A stretch of 64,000 nt of DNA from Bdellovibrionales bacterium. Its GTDB lineage: Bacteria; Bdellovibrionota; Bdellovibrionia; Bdellovibrionales; JAMPXM01. The notes below the pieces were generated by a model that ran no database searches, had not been told where the DNA came from, and was given only the letters and a program-made list of their open reading frames with translations. The translations under genes were made by a program, and so were the position numbers. Positions 35,862-46,486 of this stretch are shown here, piece after piece; position 1 is the first letter of the stretch; the number at the start of each line of letters is the position of its first letter. The DNA lies in the NCBI GenBank assembly GCA_043739185.1, contig JAYUEN010000107.1, positions 64,106 to 128,105 of the forward strand, written 5' to 3'.

Positions 35862-36788
35862 TTAATTTTCTGATTTAAAAGGCGATTCGCTCTGCCTTTG
35901 TTTGTTGAATCTTGTACGATAATTGACCCAATAGTCGGTAAAACCCAAGAGACTCGCCAGGGGAAAAAGCTGCAACAACATAAAGAAAAACCCTACGCTC
36001 TGCCAAATTCGCGAAACCCGATAGAGTGTGAAAAAATGCTTTGAGATCGCTAAACCCTGAAAGAAGTATACGAGCGCCAAAACATTCACTAAATTCATGC
36101 TGACGTTTTGCACGGCCATATATTTTTGCTGTCCGAAAGCCCCTGCAATTGCGGCCAAACTAATCCAAATCAAAAGATCCGGAGTTTTAAACCCCAAAAG
36201 GCTACGCGCCGAACTTTCCCAGTTTCCTAGACCCAGCAGTTTTCCCAAGCGTTTATCCCAAATTACGGACACTGCTAACGAGGCCAATAAAAAAATGACG
36301 AATGCCGATGGTACCTGGTAAACCAAGCTTTCGGTTGTCCAATTTATTTGGGGGTTTATGGCTTTAACTTGTGCCAATACCTGCTCTACGTTTGCATGAG
36401 CCACTTGAATCAAATCAACCTTTTTCTTAGTTGCCCAAAATGCTGCCGCTACCAGCGAAAAGCTTGATGTGGTTAGGCTTGCAAAAAATCCGGAAGCAAA
36501 AAATCCCGAACCAGCCTCTTCGGCATCTGTATAGAGACCAACAAGACTTGCAAGTATCGCAAGTGCCGCGGCAATTGGGTGGCTAATAAATGCAAAGCTC
36601 AAAACAACGGCCGAAGACAAACCAAGCCAATAAGCTTTTCTGCTGTAGCTTTTGCGAATGACTCGCATCGGAATCGCTCCCAATATCAAGGTGACGCCAG
36701 TCAGCGCCACGCTTAACGCCAGCAATAAAAAGTACATTGGCACTTGCTGTTGTTTAAATTTCAACATTGTTTTAGCTATTAAGTTCAT
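35862..36788 (-). CDS. Polytopic membrane protein, DUF2232 (YybS)-like
   Basis: 308 aa with about 8 TM helices. It sits between rpsF and rplI, the position yybS occupies in Bacillus. The family assignment rests on topology and synteny only. Confidence 0.4.
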   Translation of the reverse strand: MNLIAKTMLKFKQQQVPMYFLLLALSVALTGVTLILGAIPMRVIRKSYSRKAYWLGLSSAVVLSFAFISHPIAAALAILASLVGLYTDAEEAGSGFFASGFFASLTTSSFSLVAAAFWATKKKVDLIQVAHANVEQVLAQVKAINPQINWTTESLVYQVPSAFVIFLLASLAVSVIWDKRLGKLLGLGNWESSARSLLGFKTPDLLIWISLAAIAGAFGQQKYMAVQNVSMNLVNVLALVYFFQGLAISKHFFTLYRVSRIWQSVGFFFMLLQLFPLASLLGFTDYWVNYRTRFNKQRQSESPFKSEN

Positions 36789-36791
36789 GTT

Positions 36792-37307
36792 CTAAACGTC
36801 GTCTTCGCCTTCAAAATCTCCACCCTTGCCGCCGAAGTCTCTACGACCGCCGCCACCATCACGACCGCCGCCGCCATCACGACCGCCGCGATTTGCAGCT
36901 TTGCGTGCTTGGAATTTAGCTTCGCGCTCACGCTCACGAGCCGCGCTGTCTGCAAGTGATTGTTTAAAGTTCTCCATGAATTTTACCAAATTTGTTTTGT
37001 CTGGAAGGCGAGTGTGCATAAAACGCAAAACCTTATCGTTAATGCGCATGGTACGCTCAAGCTCTGCAATAACAGCCGGCTCTGCCTCAAAACTTGTGTG
37101 AAAGTAGTATGCCTTTTTGCTTTTATTAATGGCATTGGCTAGGGTTCTCTTGCCCCACAAATCAAGGTGGTTGACGCTTCCTTTGAAGGACTCAACGATT
37201 CCTTTGTTTCTTTTAAAGAGGTTTTTTTGATCTTCTTCTGTCGCGTCTGGGTGAACCATTACAACAGCTTCGTACGGGATGAGATTGGTGCGCTTTTCGA
37301 GCTCCAT
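36792..37307 (-). CDS. rpsF: 30S ribosomal protein S6 with Gly/Arg-rich C-terminal tail
   Basis: The S6 core (YEAVVMVHPDATEED...LDLWGKRTLANAINKSKKAYYFH) is followed by RGGRDGGGGRDGGGGRRDFGGKGGDFEGEDDV. Confidence 0.85.
   Translation of the reverse strand: MELEKRTNLIPYEAVVMVHPDATEEDQKNLFKRNKGIVESFKGSVNHLDLWGKRTLANAINKSKKAYYFHTSFEAEPAVIAELERTMRINDKVLRFMHTRLPDKTNLVKFMENFKQSLADSAAREREREAKFQARKAANRGGRDGGGGRDGGGGRRDFGGKGGDFEGEDDV
36843..36890. repeat. 18-bp tandem repeat (2.7 copies) inside the rpsF 3' end
   Basis: ACGACCGCCGCCACCATC / ACGACCGCCGCCGCCATC / ACGACCGCCGCG. On the minus strand this encodes the (G)GGGRD repeats. Confidence 0.9.
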
Positions 37308-37496
37308 TTTTTCCTTTCGGGTTAAGCCCCTTCATTTTGAGGAGCAAGGATATTCTTTTAAATTTTAATCTAGATTCAATCCAACCGTGATCCTCACATT
37401 GAGGGTTTTTGTTGCAAAATACCTAAATTCGTCTGGCTGATGTACCACGACATGTCGACCTAGACAAGCCAAGCTTTTCAAAGTCATACTTGTGAA

Positions 37497-38420
37497 ATGG
37501 ATATTTTTATTGAAATCATCTCGGGCGAACCACTGGGAAAGAGGTTTAAGCTCGGCGGGGGCCTAAAGATTGGCCGCAAAAATTGTGATATCACAATTTC
37601 AGACCCCAAGGTTTCTTCCTATCACGCCACCGTTCTTTCGCGCGGTTCTGGCTCTGATCTCAAGTTTTATTTGAAAGACAATAACTCTTCAAATGGCATT
37701 AAGTTCAACGATCTGAAGGTTCCAGAGCTGTTTTTGGCGCCTGGCGTCGAGTTCCGACTTGGCAATACTCTCTTTAAGGTCATTGCTCCTGGGGCGCCAG
37801 TGGTTTCGGTAATGCCCAAATTCGAGGCGTCTCCCAAGATGAAAAGAGCGAGCGCTGATCCGCCGCCGCTTGAAAGTCCTAAATCTGAAAAGCAAAGGCC
37901 AGAGAAAATAAAACCAGAAAAACCATTTGAGGTCGCCACTGCGCCGGAGAGACCCGAAGGGCCAACGCCGCCGGTGAGTACGCCCGCGCAAAAGCCATTG
38001 CCCCCGGTCCCAACTCCCCCGCCCCAAGTTGTGGCGGCGCCGAGTTGGCGGGAAATTCTTAGTAAACTTCTTCAGAGCGCAAGCTTGCGCTCTGGAGACG
38101 TAATTGTAGATCATCTTGCGGCCTTTAACCCTCCGCTTAAGCTGCGCTGTGCTCGGGGGCGCCAATTCGGCAAAAGTTGGGTTCTGGGTTATGGTCCTAG
38201 ACAAATTGGTCCAAAATCAATGGATCTTGTCTTGAATGAATCCTCTGCACCGCCGATATGTTTTCAGGTAATTCCAACGGCCGTGGGCGTAGAGTTTAAA
38301 ACTCAGTATCCCGATGTCGTTCGAGTGAATGGCCAAAAATTAAGTAAGTTGAATTTGCAAGCCGGCGATATAATCGAAATTTTAAACTCGCAACTCGTGG
38401 TGGATTTTGAAAATGCATGA
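37497..38420 (+). CDS. FHA-domain protein with Pro-rich linker and a second, degenerate FHA-like domain
   Basis: The N-terminus (GRKNCDITISDPKVSSYHATV...NSSNGIKFND) is a canonical FHA domain. The middle is a PxP-rich linker. The C-terminus (GKSWVLGYGPRQIG...VNGQKL...GDIIEI) looks FHA-like. Confidence 0.75.
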   Translation: MDIFIEIISGEPLGKRFKLGGGLKIGRKNCDITISDPKVSSYHATVLSRGSGSDLKFYLKDNNSSNGIKFNDLKVPELFLAPGVEFRLGNTLFKVIAPGAPVVSVMPKFEASPKMKRASADPPPLESPKSEKQRPEKIKPEKPFEVATAPERPEGPTPPVSTPAQKPLPPVPTPPPQVVAAPSWREILSKLLQSASLRSGDVIVDHLAAFNPPLKLRCARGRQFGKSWVLGYGPRQIGPKSMDLVLNESSAPPICFQVIPTAVGVEFKTQYPDVVRVNGQKLSKLNLQAGDIIEILNSQLVVDFENA

Positions 38421-39312
38421 AATTGAGAAAACAACAGGTCACTTTGAAAGTTTCGATGGAACTAAAGTTTATTATGAGGTGCGCGGTCGTGGTAAACCCA
38501 TCGTTTTTGTTTATGGCATTGCCTGCCTCATCAATCATTGGCACCCCCAAATCGCATATTTTTCGAAAAACTACCAGACCATCTGCTTTGATTTTCGCGG
38601 CCATCAAAAGTCAGATGTTCCGGTCGACAATGAGCTCGTCAGCATTGATGCTTTGGCACGAGATACAAATGCGCTTCTGAAACACCTCAAAATTAAATCT
38701 GCCAGCTTTTTTGGACATAGTTTTGGGGGGCAGGTTTTATTGCGAGCCTATGATTTGTTTCCGGAGCAATTCGAAAACTTAGTTCTCATAAACGCCTTCG
38801 TAAAGGATCCGATCAGCGATATGTTTGGTGTCGATATCGTGCCAAAAGTTTTTGAATTCATAAAAGAGGGTCATGCCGCCCATCCAGAAATTCTTGGTCT
38901 GCTCTGGCGAGCCTCGGTACTCAATCCGCTTGCAGCACCTCTTTCTGCTTTGGCGGGCGGCTTCAATTTGCGCCTGACATCATCTCGAGACATAGAGGTT
39001 TACACCCGCGGTCTCGCCAGTTTAGATCTCGGGGTTTTTATCAAGCTCTTTCAAGATATGATGGACTACGATGCCTCCGCGGTTTTGCCAAAGCTCAATA
39101 TACCATGTTTAATCATAAGTGGTGATGGCGATGGCGTGACTCCTCCCTCCCATCAAATTCTACTGCATGATCGAGTCGCAGGAAGCGAGCTTCAACGCGT
39201 TCCCTATGGCTCACACTGCACACAATTGGATTTACCTGAGTTTGTAAATTTGCGAATTGAAAAGTTTTTTCATACCCACAAATTCGATACGATCAAGCGC
39301 AAGAGCCTGTAG
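38413..39312 (+). CDS. Alpha/beta-fold hydrolase
   Basis: GHSFGG nucleophile elbow, an HG-type oxyanion region (VYGIAC), and C-terminal GDGDGVTP and GSHC. ATG 38413 (or TTG 38407) overlaps the FHA gene end. Confidence 0.75.
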   Translation: MHEIEKTTGHFESFDGTKVYYEVRGRGKPIVFVYGIACLINHWHPQIAYFSKNYQTICFDFRGHQKSDVPVDNELVSIDALARDTNALLKHLKIKSASFFGHSFGGQVLLRAYDLFPEQFENLVLINAFVKDPISDMFGVDIVPKVFEFIKEGHAAHPEILGLLWRASVLNPLAAPLSALAGGFNLRLTSSRDIEVYTRGLASLDLGVFIKLFQDMMDYDASAVLPKLNIPCLIISGDGDGVTPPSHQILLHDRVAGSELQRVPYGSHCTQLDLPEFVNLRIEKFFHTHKFDTIKRKSL

Positions 39313-39348
39313 CTGGCTTCTCACGCTTGTCTTCGGGGTAGACAAATC

Positions 39349-40944
39349 TTATTGATAAAATACTTCGTCAATATCAAAGCCGTATGCGTTTACGCTTTTG
39401 TCTGAGGTAAAATGCAGCGTGAGCGTATCCCCATCAATTATTTCGGAGTATTCGTCGCTATGATAGCCGCTCATTTTATCTACGACGTTGCCACTTGCAT
39501 CTAAAATTTCAACGAAATCAAAGTTGGGTTCGGTCTCAAATCTTGAAAAGTGAATGGCTATTTTCTTTGCTCCAGGAACATTAAGCTTAAAGCTCTGATC
39601 TCCGGCGTTTGTGTACGGATGTGCCGTCGATACCTGGCTCGCTTGTCGAAAGCCTAAAAGCGCCGGATCGCTTAAATCCGGACCTGGCTTTATGTTACTG
39701 AGTGCTGCAAATGCGTCGATCATTCCGCCGCTAGCAATTTTATTATTGAGTCTAAAAAGGGGTCTCACATTAGAAAGGATTCTGTCCTTAATTTCGCGAA
39801 AATTGAGCGCAGGCTCGTTAGCCAAAAGCAAGGCTGCGACCCCAGAAACATGTGGCGCCGCCATTGATGTCCCCGACATGCTTTCAAAACCCTGAGGTGT
39901 CGTGCTTAAAATATTTTCGCCAGGGGCTGCCAAGTGAACCTTTGCCAGCCCAAAATTTGAAAAGCTTGCTCGGCGCGCGCGATTATTTATTGCAGCCACC
40001 GAAATGATGTTTTCTAAATCGTAGCTTGCCGGATAAAATCCTACCTTGTCATTGTCGGCACCATTGTTACCTGCTGCGGCTACAAATAATATGCCCGCAT
40101 CGCGAGCGTCGCTAATAGCTTGTTTTAGAATCGCGCTCTCCGCGGTTCCGCCCCATGAATTACTCATAATATTTGCGCCATTTTTCCTGGCATAATCAAT
40201 GGCTTTTACTGCGTTTTCTAATGTGCCTGTACCATCGCTAGAAATGAATTTGACTGCCATTAGGCTCACGTCCCAATTCACTCCAACAATACCGTTTTGA
40301 TCATTGCCTTTGGCGCCAATGGTGCCCGAGCAATGTGAGCCGTGACCATTATCATCCGTAGCGTTTCCGTTGTTGGCGACAAAGTTGAATCCGTTGATGT
40401 CGTCAACAAATCCGTTTTTATCATCATCTACTTGAGCGACTCCGTTTGCTTCGGCCAAATTGATCCACGCATTATCTTTTAAGTCCGGAATTTTGAAGTC
40501 GATTCCTGTATCGACAACTGCGACCACTACTTTTTTAGAACCTGTCGTTATGTCCCATGCCTTTTCAATGTCTAGATCAACGCCCGCCGTGCCCTTTACG
40601 CTTGAACTGTCCGCTTGGCCCCTATTGGCAAGGCCCCAAAGTGCAGAATACATGGGGTCGTTTGGCGACTTTACGATTTGAAAAATATAGTTGGGTTCTA
40701 TTTTCTCAACGCCTTCAATCTTCGAAAGATTCGCCATGCTCGCGGCTCTCACCAGAAAAGTTTTTTCATTAATCGCTCGAAATTTAAACTTCTGTTGTTT
40801 GGCGAAATTTCTAAATTGTACTTTTTTATTTGACCGAATCTGAACGACCCATTCTCCGGGCACAGCCATTTGAGCTTTTGCGGGGATGTCGATGAAAAGC
40901 ATTGCGGCCAGAAAACTCAAGCTGATAAATTTATTCGTTCGCAT
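39349..40944 (-). CDS. Secreted subtilisin-like serine protease (peptidase S8) with C-terminal beta-domain
   Basis: Signal peptide and I9-like propeptide, then the catalytic triad motifs VAVVDTGID, HGSHCSGTIGA and SGTSMAAPHVSG. An extra domain of about 110 aa follows at the C-terminus. Confidence 0.9.
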   Translation of the reverse strand: MRTNKFISLSFLAAMLFIDIPAKAQMAVPGEWVVQIRSNKKVQFRNFAKQQKFKFRAINEKTFLVRAASMANLSKIEGVEKIEPNYIFQIVKSPNDPMYSALWGLANRGQADSSSVKGTAGVDLDIEKAWDITTGSKKVVVAVVDTGIDFKIPDLKDNAWINLAEANGVAQVDDDKNGFVDDINGFNFVANNGNATDDNGHGSHCSGTIGAKGNDQNGIVGVNWDVSLMAVKFISSDGTGTLENAVKAIDYARKNGANIMSNSWGGTAESAILKQAISDARDAGILFVAAAGNNGADNDKVGFYPASYDLENIISVAAINNRARRASFSNFGLAKVHLAAPGENILSTTPQGFESMSGTSMAAPHVSGVAALLLANEPALNFREIKDRILSNVRPLFRLNNKIASGGMIDAFAALSNIKPGPDLSDPALLGFRQASQVSTAHPYTNAGDQSFKLNVPGAKKIAIHFSRFETEPNFDFVEILDASGNVVDKMSGYHSDEYSEIIDGDTLTLHFTSDKSVNAYGFDIDEVFYQ

Positions 40945-41051
40945 AGATACTTTGCGGACGATCTTGCTTTTGGCTAAAGTGCCGGCCCCTGGTTCTGGTT
41001 GTTTGTAGGTACTGAGCGTCTCAGTTTGAAACGCCTTTATTAGCCTCAGGT

Positions 41052-41288
41052 CTAATTTGCTTTTTTGAGGGAGTCTTCAAAATCAAAGCTCAGTTGTTCT
41101 AGCTTTTTATTTAGATCAAGTGCCTTGAGTTTGGTTGCTGGCGCGGCGGCAAGGGGCTTTTGTTTTGGGCCGTTTAACTCAACTCCATAAGCCGCTTTTA
41201 CGAGGTTTTTTATAAATGCAATTTTAACTTCATCGCTGCCGTTTTGGTTGAATCCGAGTTCTTGAAAAAGGTCTCCGACTTTCTTCAT
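41052..41288 (-). CDS. Small hypothetical protein
   Basis: 78 aa from ATG 41288, with GGGAGA 4 nt upstream. The track ORF begins at a TTG 12 nt earlier. No motif recognised. Confidence 0.4.
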   Translation of the reverse strand: MKKVGDLFQELGFNQNGSDEVKIAFIKNLVKAAYGVELNGPKQKPLAAAPATKLKALDLNKKLEQLSFDFEDSLKKAN

Positions 41289-41527
41289 TTTGTCTCCCAA
41301 ACATGGTGCACAGATAATCCTGTGACCCTCGCCTTATCGGCATATGCAAAAAGCGCTTCACTTTTTTTAGTCCTGGAGTTTGTCGTTGTTGTGGTCAGTC
41401 AAGATGGTGTCGCGTTGTGTTTGTCGCTAAGTTTTAAATGAGCGCCGGCTTTGCGCGCCTGGGGCCATTTGCGGAGCCCCATAGTCTTTTGACCCCAGCT
41501 GCGGTGAGTAGTGGTTAATTCTAATGA

Positions 41528-42061
41528 TCAAAAATATTTTTTAAGTCTATTTTGAATTGGACGCGCTGCTAAGACGAAAACTAAGCATGGAAGCCCTATC
41601 CAGAGCGTTTCGTTTAAAAGGATTTTCTCAGGATGGGAAAAAAATCTAGAGATTGAAATTGGCGAGACTTCAATTGGCCTAAATGAAAAAAAATAGCGTT
41701 CGTTTAAAAAGGGAATGAAAAAGCCCACTCCGAGGCCGCCATTTGTCATGGCATCAATCAAACCATGTGAAAGCGTTGCAAAAAATAAAAGTATACCTGT
41801 TTTCGCTCTACTTCCTTGTTTTCGAAAAATCGTAGCAACTAAAACGACTGACCAAACTAGAGCAAAAAAAATGGAGTGCGAAATGCCCCTGTGGCCAAAA
41901 ATTGATTGGTAGGGAACTCCAAGTCTGAAACCAACGAAATCTAAGTCCGGGATAATACTACTTACTATTGCCGCCAGCCAAAGTTTTTTTGCGTTCGGCC
42001 GGAGGGATCCGACTTTCACTATGGCGAGTCCGACGACCGCATGCCCAAGCGCCGATGCCAT
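41528..42061 (-). CDS. Membrane-bound metal-dependent hydrolase, DUF457 (YdjM/YbcI-like)
   Basis: 177 aa with MASALGHAVVG, HRGISHS and SHGLIDAMTNGG-GV-FF-PF. Its start lies 1 nt after the sdhB stop. Confidence 0.65.
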   Translation of the reverse strand: MASALGHAVVGLAIVKVGSLRPNAKKLWLAAIVSSIIPDLDFVGFRLGVPYQSIFGHRGISHSIFFALVWSVVLVATIFRKQGSRAKTGILLFFATLSHGLIDAMTNGGLGVGFFIPFLNERYFFSFRPIEVSPISISRFFSHPEKILLNETLWIGLPCLVFVLAARPIQNRLKKYF

Positions 42062-42062
42062 C

Positions 42063-42857
42063 TTACGACATATCGCCGGTTGAGCTTTCTGGGGGGCGTT
42101 CGCAAATGCTGGCCGCTAAATATTGGCGATTCATTCTCACAATGTTTTCAAAGCTTATTTCTTTCGGACAAGCAAGTGAGCAGGCCCCGGTATTACTACA
42201 GTTGCCAAAACCAAGCTCTTGCATCGTGTTTACCATATTCAAAACGCGCTTATCTGCCTCGACTTCTCCTTGCGGCAAGAGTGACAAATGGGCCGCCTTG
42301 GCGCTTACAAAAAGCATGGCCGAGCTGTTTGCACAGGTCGCAACGCAGGCACCACAACCAATGCAGGCCGCAGCACTAAATGCGCGATCGGAATCTTCTT
42401 TAGGAACCAAGATCGAGTTTGCATCTGGTGAATTGCCGGTATTAACCGAAACAAATCCTCCGGACATAATGATTTTATCAAGTGAGCTTCGATCAACGGA
42501 CAAATCTTTTAAAATCGGAAAGGCTTCGGCGCGAAAAGGCTCTACAATCACGGTTTGATTGTTTTCAAACTTTCTCATATGTAGCTGACAGACGGTTGTG
42601 CCTTTTTGCGGACCATGCGCATTTCCGTTGATGGTCATTGCACAAGAGCCACAAATACCCTCGCGACAGTCATGATCAAAGGCAATTGGATCTTTGTTCT
42701 CTTTGATAAGCTTCTGATTGACAAGGTCGATCATTTCAAGAAAAGACATATCCGTCGAAATATCTTTGGCTTCGTAATCCTCAAAGCCGCCCTTGTCTTT
42801 TGCGCTCTTTTGCCGCCAAACCTTTAACTTCAAATTTAAATTTTTTTCTTTGCTCAT
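42063..42857 (-). CDS. sdhB: Succinate dehydrogenase/fumarate reductase iron-sulfur subunit
   Basis: Cys clusters [22 protein letters not shown] and [13 protein letters not shown] start it at MSKEKNL (42857), downstream of the sdhA stop. Confidence 0.9.
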   Translation of the reverse strand: MSKEKNLNLKLKVWRQKSAKDKGGFEDYEAKDISTDMSFLEMIDLVNQKLIKENKDPIAFDHDCREGICGSCAMTINGNAHGPQKGTTVCQLHMRKFENNQTVIVEPFRAEAFPILKDLSVDRSSLDKIIMSGGFVSVNTGNSPDANSILVPKEDSDRAFSAAACIGCGACVATCANSSAMLFVSAKAAHLSLLPQGEVEADKRVLNMVNTMQELGFGNCSNTGACSLACPKEISFENIVRMNRQYLAASICERPPESSTGDMS

Positions 42858-42867
42858 ATTGATCTTT

Positions 42868-44781
42868 CTATTTGTAGCTTCGGGTGCTGAGGTGGACGGT
42901 CTCAAACTCTAAGTTCTCTTTGTGCAATTCGGGCGTTTTGCCATTTTTCCACTCCCATGCGGCTACATAGCAAAAGTTTTGGTCGTCGCGCTTTGCTTCA
43001 TTGTCTGGTGTTTGGCTTTCTTCTCTGAAGTGTCCTCCGCAAGACTCTTTTCTTTGAAGCGCGTCGTATGCCATGAGTTCTCCGAGCTCTAAAAAGTCTG
43101 CAACTCGAGCGGCTTTTTCGAGCTCTTCATTTAGATACTTTGCATCCCCTGAAACTTTTAGGTTTTGCCAGAACTCGTCCTTAATTTTTGGAATCTCTAA
43201 GAGGGCTTTGCTTAAGCCCTTTTCGTTTCGGCTCATGCCAACGTACTCCCACATGACATGACCCAATTCGCGATGAAAGTCGTCAACCGTTTTATTGCCC
43301 TTTAGATTCATCAGCTTATCAATTCTTGCCTGGGCGCTGGCTTTAGCCTCGCGAAAGGCGTCGTGATTCGTATCTATTTTTGGCAGTGTTGTACTTGCGA
43401 TGAAGTTTCCGATTGTATACGGAATGACGAAATAACCATCTGCTAAGCCTTGCATAAGTGCTGAAGCACCAAGGCGGTTGGCGCCGTGGTCTGAGAAGTT
43501 CGCTTCTCCCAAAACGTGAAGCCCCGGGATATTGCTCATCAAATTATAGTCTACCCAGAGACCACCCATGGTGTAGTGAACCGCCGGATAAATCCGCATC
43601 GGCTGTTTATAGGGGTTTTCACCGGTGATTTTTTCGTACATCTGAAAGAGGTTTCCGTATTTTTCTGAAATCGCCTTTTCACCTAGGCGCGCGATGGCAT
43701 CGCGAAAATCAAGATAAACAGCTTTTCCGGTTTCGCCTACTCCGCGCCCCTCATCCACTCTGAATTTGGCCTGACGAGAAGAGACATCTCGTGGCGCTAA
43801 GTTTCCAAAACTTGGATAAATCCGCTCTAAATAATAATCTCTTTCGGCATCCGGAATGGCGTTTGGCGCACGTTGATCGCCTTTTTTAAGCGGCACCCAA
43901 ACTCTGCCATCATTGCGCAAGCTTTCAGACATTAGTGTTAGTTTAGATTGATGCTCCCCCGATACCGGGATGCACGTCGGATGAATTTGTGTAAAACAGG
44001 GGTTCGCGAAAAGTGCTCCGCGTTTGTGAGCCCGCCAACTGGCTGTAACATTCGACTGTTTCGCATTGGTTGAAAGATAAAAAACATTTCCGTAGCCACC
44101 TGTCGCCAAAATGACGGCGTCTGCAGCATAAGATTCAAGTTCTCCTGTTAAAATATTACGGACAACAATTCCGCGAGCAACGCCATCAACGATCACGAGG
44201 TCTTGCATATCTCGGCGATAAAAAAGCTCAACTTGTTTGAGCGCCACCTGTCTCATCATGGCCTGATATGCGCCGATCAAAAGTTGCTGGCCGGTTTGTC
44301 CCCGGGCATAAAAAGTTCTTGATACTTGGGCGCCGCCAAAAGATCGATTGGCTAGGGTCCCACCGTACTCCCGAGCAAAAGGAACTCCTTGCGCAACACA
44401 CTGATCAATAATGAGTGGTGAAATTTCGGCGAGCCGATAAACATTTGCCTCGCGAGATCTAAAGTCTCCGCCCTTAATAGTGTCGTAAAAAAGACGGTAA
44501 ATTGAGTCTCCATCGTTTTGATAGTTTTTTGCTGCGTTGATCCCGCCTTGGGCGGCAATAGAGTGCGCTCTTCTTGGAGATTCGTGAATACAAAAGCTTT
44601 GAACTTTATATCCGAGCTCGGCAAGTGAGGCCGATGCTGCTGCGCCAGCCAAGCCCGTGCCGACCACAATGATCTTGTGCTTTCGTTTGTTGGCCGGATT
44701 TACAAGCTTCATATTGAATTTATGGCTGGTCCATTTTTCTGCAATTGGTCCTGGAGGTGTTTTTGCGTCTAGCTTTATCAT
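42868..44781 (-). CDS. sdhA: Succinate dehydrogenase/fumarate reductase flavoprotein subunit
   Basis: FAD motif [24 protein letters not shown] (covalent-FAD His) and HYTMGG. I start it at MIKLDAK (44781), which has AGGAA upstream. Confidence 0.92.
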   Translation of the reverse strand: MIKLDAKTPPGPIAEKWTSHKFNMKLVNPANKRKHKIIVVGTGLAGAAASASLAELGYKVQSFCIHESPRRAHSIAAQGGINAAKNYQNDGDSIYRLFYDTIKGGDFRSREANVYRLAEISPLIIDQCVAQGVPFAREYGGTLANRSFGGAQVSRTFYARGQTGQQLLIGAYQAMMRQVALKQVELFYRRDMQDLVIVDGVARGIVVRNILTGELESYAADAVILATGGYGNVFYLSTNAKQSNVTASWRAHKRGALFANPCFTQIHPTCIPVSGEHQSKLTLMSESLRNDGRVWVPLKKGDQRAPNAIPDAERDYYLERIYPSFGNLAPRDVSSRQAKFRVDEGRGVGETGKAVYLDFRDAIARLGEKAISEKYGNLFQMYEKITGENPYKQPMRIYPAVHYTMGGLWVDYNLMSNIPGLHVLGEANFSDHGANRLGASALMQGLADGYFVIPYTIGNFIASTTLPKIDTNHDAFREAKASAQARIDKLMNLKGNKTVDDFHRELGHVMWEYVGMSRNEKGLSKALLEIPKIKDEFWQNLKVSGDAKYLNEELEKAARVADFLELGELMAYDALQRKESCGGHFREESQTPDNEAKRDDQNFCYVAAWEWKNGKTPELHKENLEFETVHLSTRSYK

Positions 44782-44794
44782 TTGCTGATTCCTT

Positions 44795-45451
44795 TTAGTG
44801 TGCACTTAAATAAGCATATAGCGGCTGTGAAATGAATCCGACACTTACGCCTACTGCGTAAATATAGCCGAATACCGAAATCGCTCTAGAAATTTTCGGA
44901 CTGTAAATTCCGGCCGAGGCGAGCGAAGAAAAAAATCCGTGGCTCAAATGCAAGCCAAGCGAAACCATGGCAACAAAATACCAACCTACATAAATTGGAT
45001 TCTGAAAAACCTCGAGAACCAATTTGTGAAGATCGCGCATTTCAACGCCGCGAACATTGGTGACATAATGCTGACCATATTTGAATGTAATCAAGTGCAA
45101 AACAATAAAGACAAGAATTATGCTGCCGTGAAAGATCATGAATCGCGACTGAAAACGGGCCGCTTTTTCGCCATTAGATGGCATCGCGTATTTCTGCGCG
45201 CGTGCGGATTTGTTTTCAATTGTTAGCTTTGCTCCGGTGAAAATATGCGTGAGCAGGGTTAAAACCAGGGCGCCCTCTGCCAGTGGCAAGAGCGGATTTG
45301 AAATGAGCGCGTGACTGTAAGAATTGTAAGTGTCGGCTCCTGCGAATATAAGTAAGTTTCCGAGCATATGGGTGAGGACAAAGCCGAGCCATAAAATTCC
45401 GGTTATGGACATCAGTTGTTTTCGACCAATACTCGAGCAGAAATATCTCAC
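44795..45451 (-). CDS. sdhC: Succinate dehydrogenase cytochrome b subunit (single large b558-type anchor)
   Basis: 218 aa with 5 TM helices and conserved His. It is first in the sdhC-A-B order typical of type-B SQR. Confidence 0.75.
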   Translation of the reverse strand: MRYFCSSIGRKQLMSITGILWLGFVLTHMLGNLLIFAGADTYNSYSHALISNPLLPLAEGALVLTLLTHIFTGAKLTIENKSARAQKYAMPSNGEKAARFQSRFMIFHGSIILVFIVLHLITFKYGQHYVTNVRGVEMRDLHKLVLEVFQNPIYVGWYFVAMVSLGLHLSHGFFSSLASAGIYSPKISRAISVFGYIYAVGVSVGFISQPLYAYLSAH

Positions 45452-45688
45452 GGCGATCCCCTTAGATGTAAAGTTCCCTTGTGTTTGCTTGGCTCTATTT
45501 AACTCTATTTTCGCCAGACTTGTCCAGTCATCGCAAAGGCATTGAAAATAAATCGCCGCACTGCACGTCTTAGCAACATTTTCGCCTTGGTCGTTTAAGT
45601 TTTTAATAATTGCTTTTGCTAACAGCGCCCAAATCTGATTAAAGTCATGCAGATGAGTCTATAGCCTATTCATTTTGCCAGGGGATAT

Positions 45689-46465
45689 ATGAAAGTCTTT
45701 GTTTGCATCAAACAAGTTCCAGACACTGAGACAAAAATTAAACTTCGCGCCGATCTGGCCGCGATTGATAGTGCGGGCGTCAAATGGGTGATGAACCCTT
45801 ATGATGAATATGCCGTTGAAGAAGCGCTTAAAATGCGTGAGGCGGGTAAGTGCACCAGCGTAATTGTTGTAAGCCTAGGACCTAAGTCGCGGGTTACTGA
45901 ATGCTTGAGAACCGCTCTAGCAATGGGGGCCGACGAGGCGATCGTCATTGATGGGCCAGAAGAAGTTGATGCAAGCACCACGGCCAAGGCTTTGGCGGCC
46001 GCGATCAAAGCAGAGGGCGATCTTGGATATGTCCTTACCGGTAAATTGGCTATCGACGATAATAATTCGGCCGTAAGCCAAATGCTCGCCGAATATCTTG
46101 ACCTGCCACATGCGAGCGTTGTTTCTAAAATAACTTCAGGTGATGCAAGTGTACTGTGTGAGCGCGAAATCGAGGGCGGAACACGAGAGCTTATTGAATT
46201 GAAGGGTCCGGCCCTGATTGCAGCCAACAAAGGCCTCAATACGCCTCGCTATGCGAGCCTTCCCGGAATTATGAAGGCAAAGAAAAAGCTCATAAAAGAA
46301 GTCGCACTTGCCAGCCTTGATGTTGGCCCTAACGACACTCATTATAAATTTGTTCAATTTCTGCTGCCTCCCGAAAAGCCGAAAGTTAAAATGCTTGCTG
46401 GAGATCTCAAGCAACAGGCCGCGCAACTTGCCGACCTACTTAGAAATGAAGCCAAAGTAATTTAA
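45689..46465 (+). CDS. etfB: Electron transfer flavoprotein beta subunit
   Basis: MKVFVCIKQVPDTETKIKL and NPYDEYAVEEAL are canonical EtfB motifs. Confidence 0.92.
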   Translation: MKVFVCIKQVPDTETKIKLRADLAAIDSAGVKWVMNPYDEYAVEEALKMREAGKCTSVIVVSLGPKSRVTECLRTALAMGADEAIVIDGPEEVDASTTAKALAAAIKAEGDLGYVLTGKLAIDDNNSAVSQMLAEYLDLPHASVVSKITSGDASVLCEREIEGGTRELIELKGPALIAANKGLNTPRYASLPGIMKAKKKLIKEVALASLDVGPNDTHYKFVQFLLPPEKPKVKMLAGDLKQQAAQLADLLRNEAKVI

Positions 46466-46486
46466 ATTTTTTAGAAAAGGCGATTT

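Noticed and set aside
37308-37400. rpsF 5' leader as the known S6:S18-binding autoregulatory RNA motif
   Set aside because: Only a small GGG-CUUAA-CCC hairpin is visible near the ribosome-binding site, and I cannot match it to the conserved motif by eye. rpsR is also not in this operon. An Rfam scan is needed.
37689-38204. 171-aa antisense ORF within the FHA gene, and similar antisense or out-of-frame ORFs (for example 30326-30697, 45799-46239, 41968-42558, 46930-47295)
   Set aside because: All lie fully inside strongly supported genes on the opposite strand or in another frame. They have Pro/Arg/Ser-rich compositions typical of shadow frames and no independent motifs.
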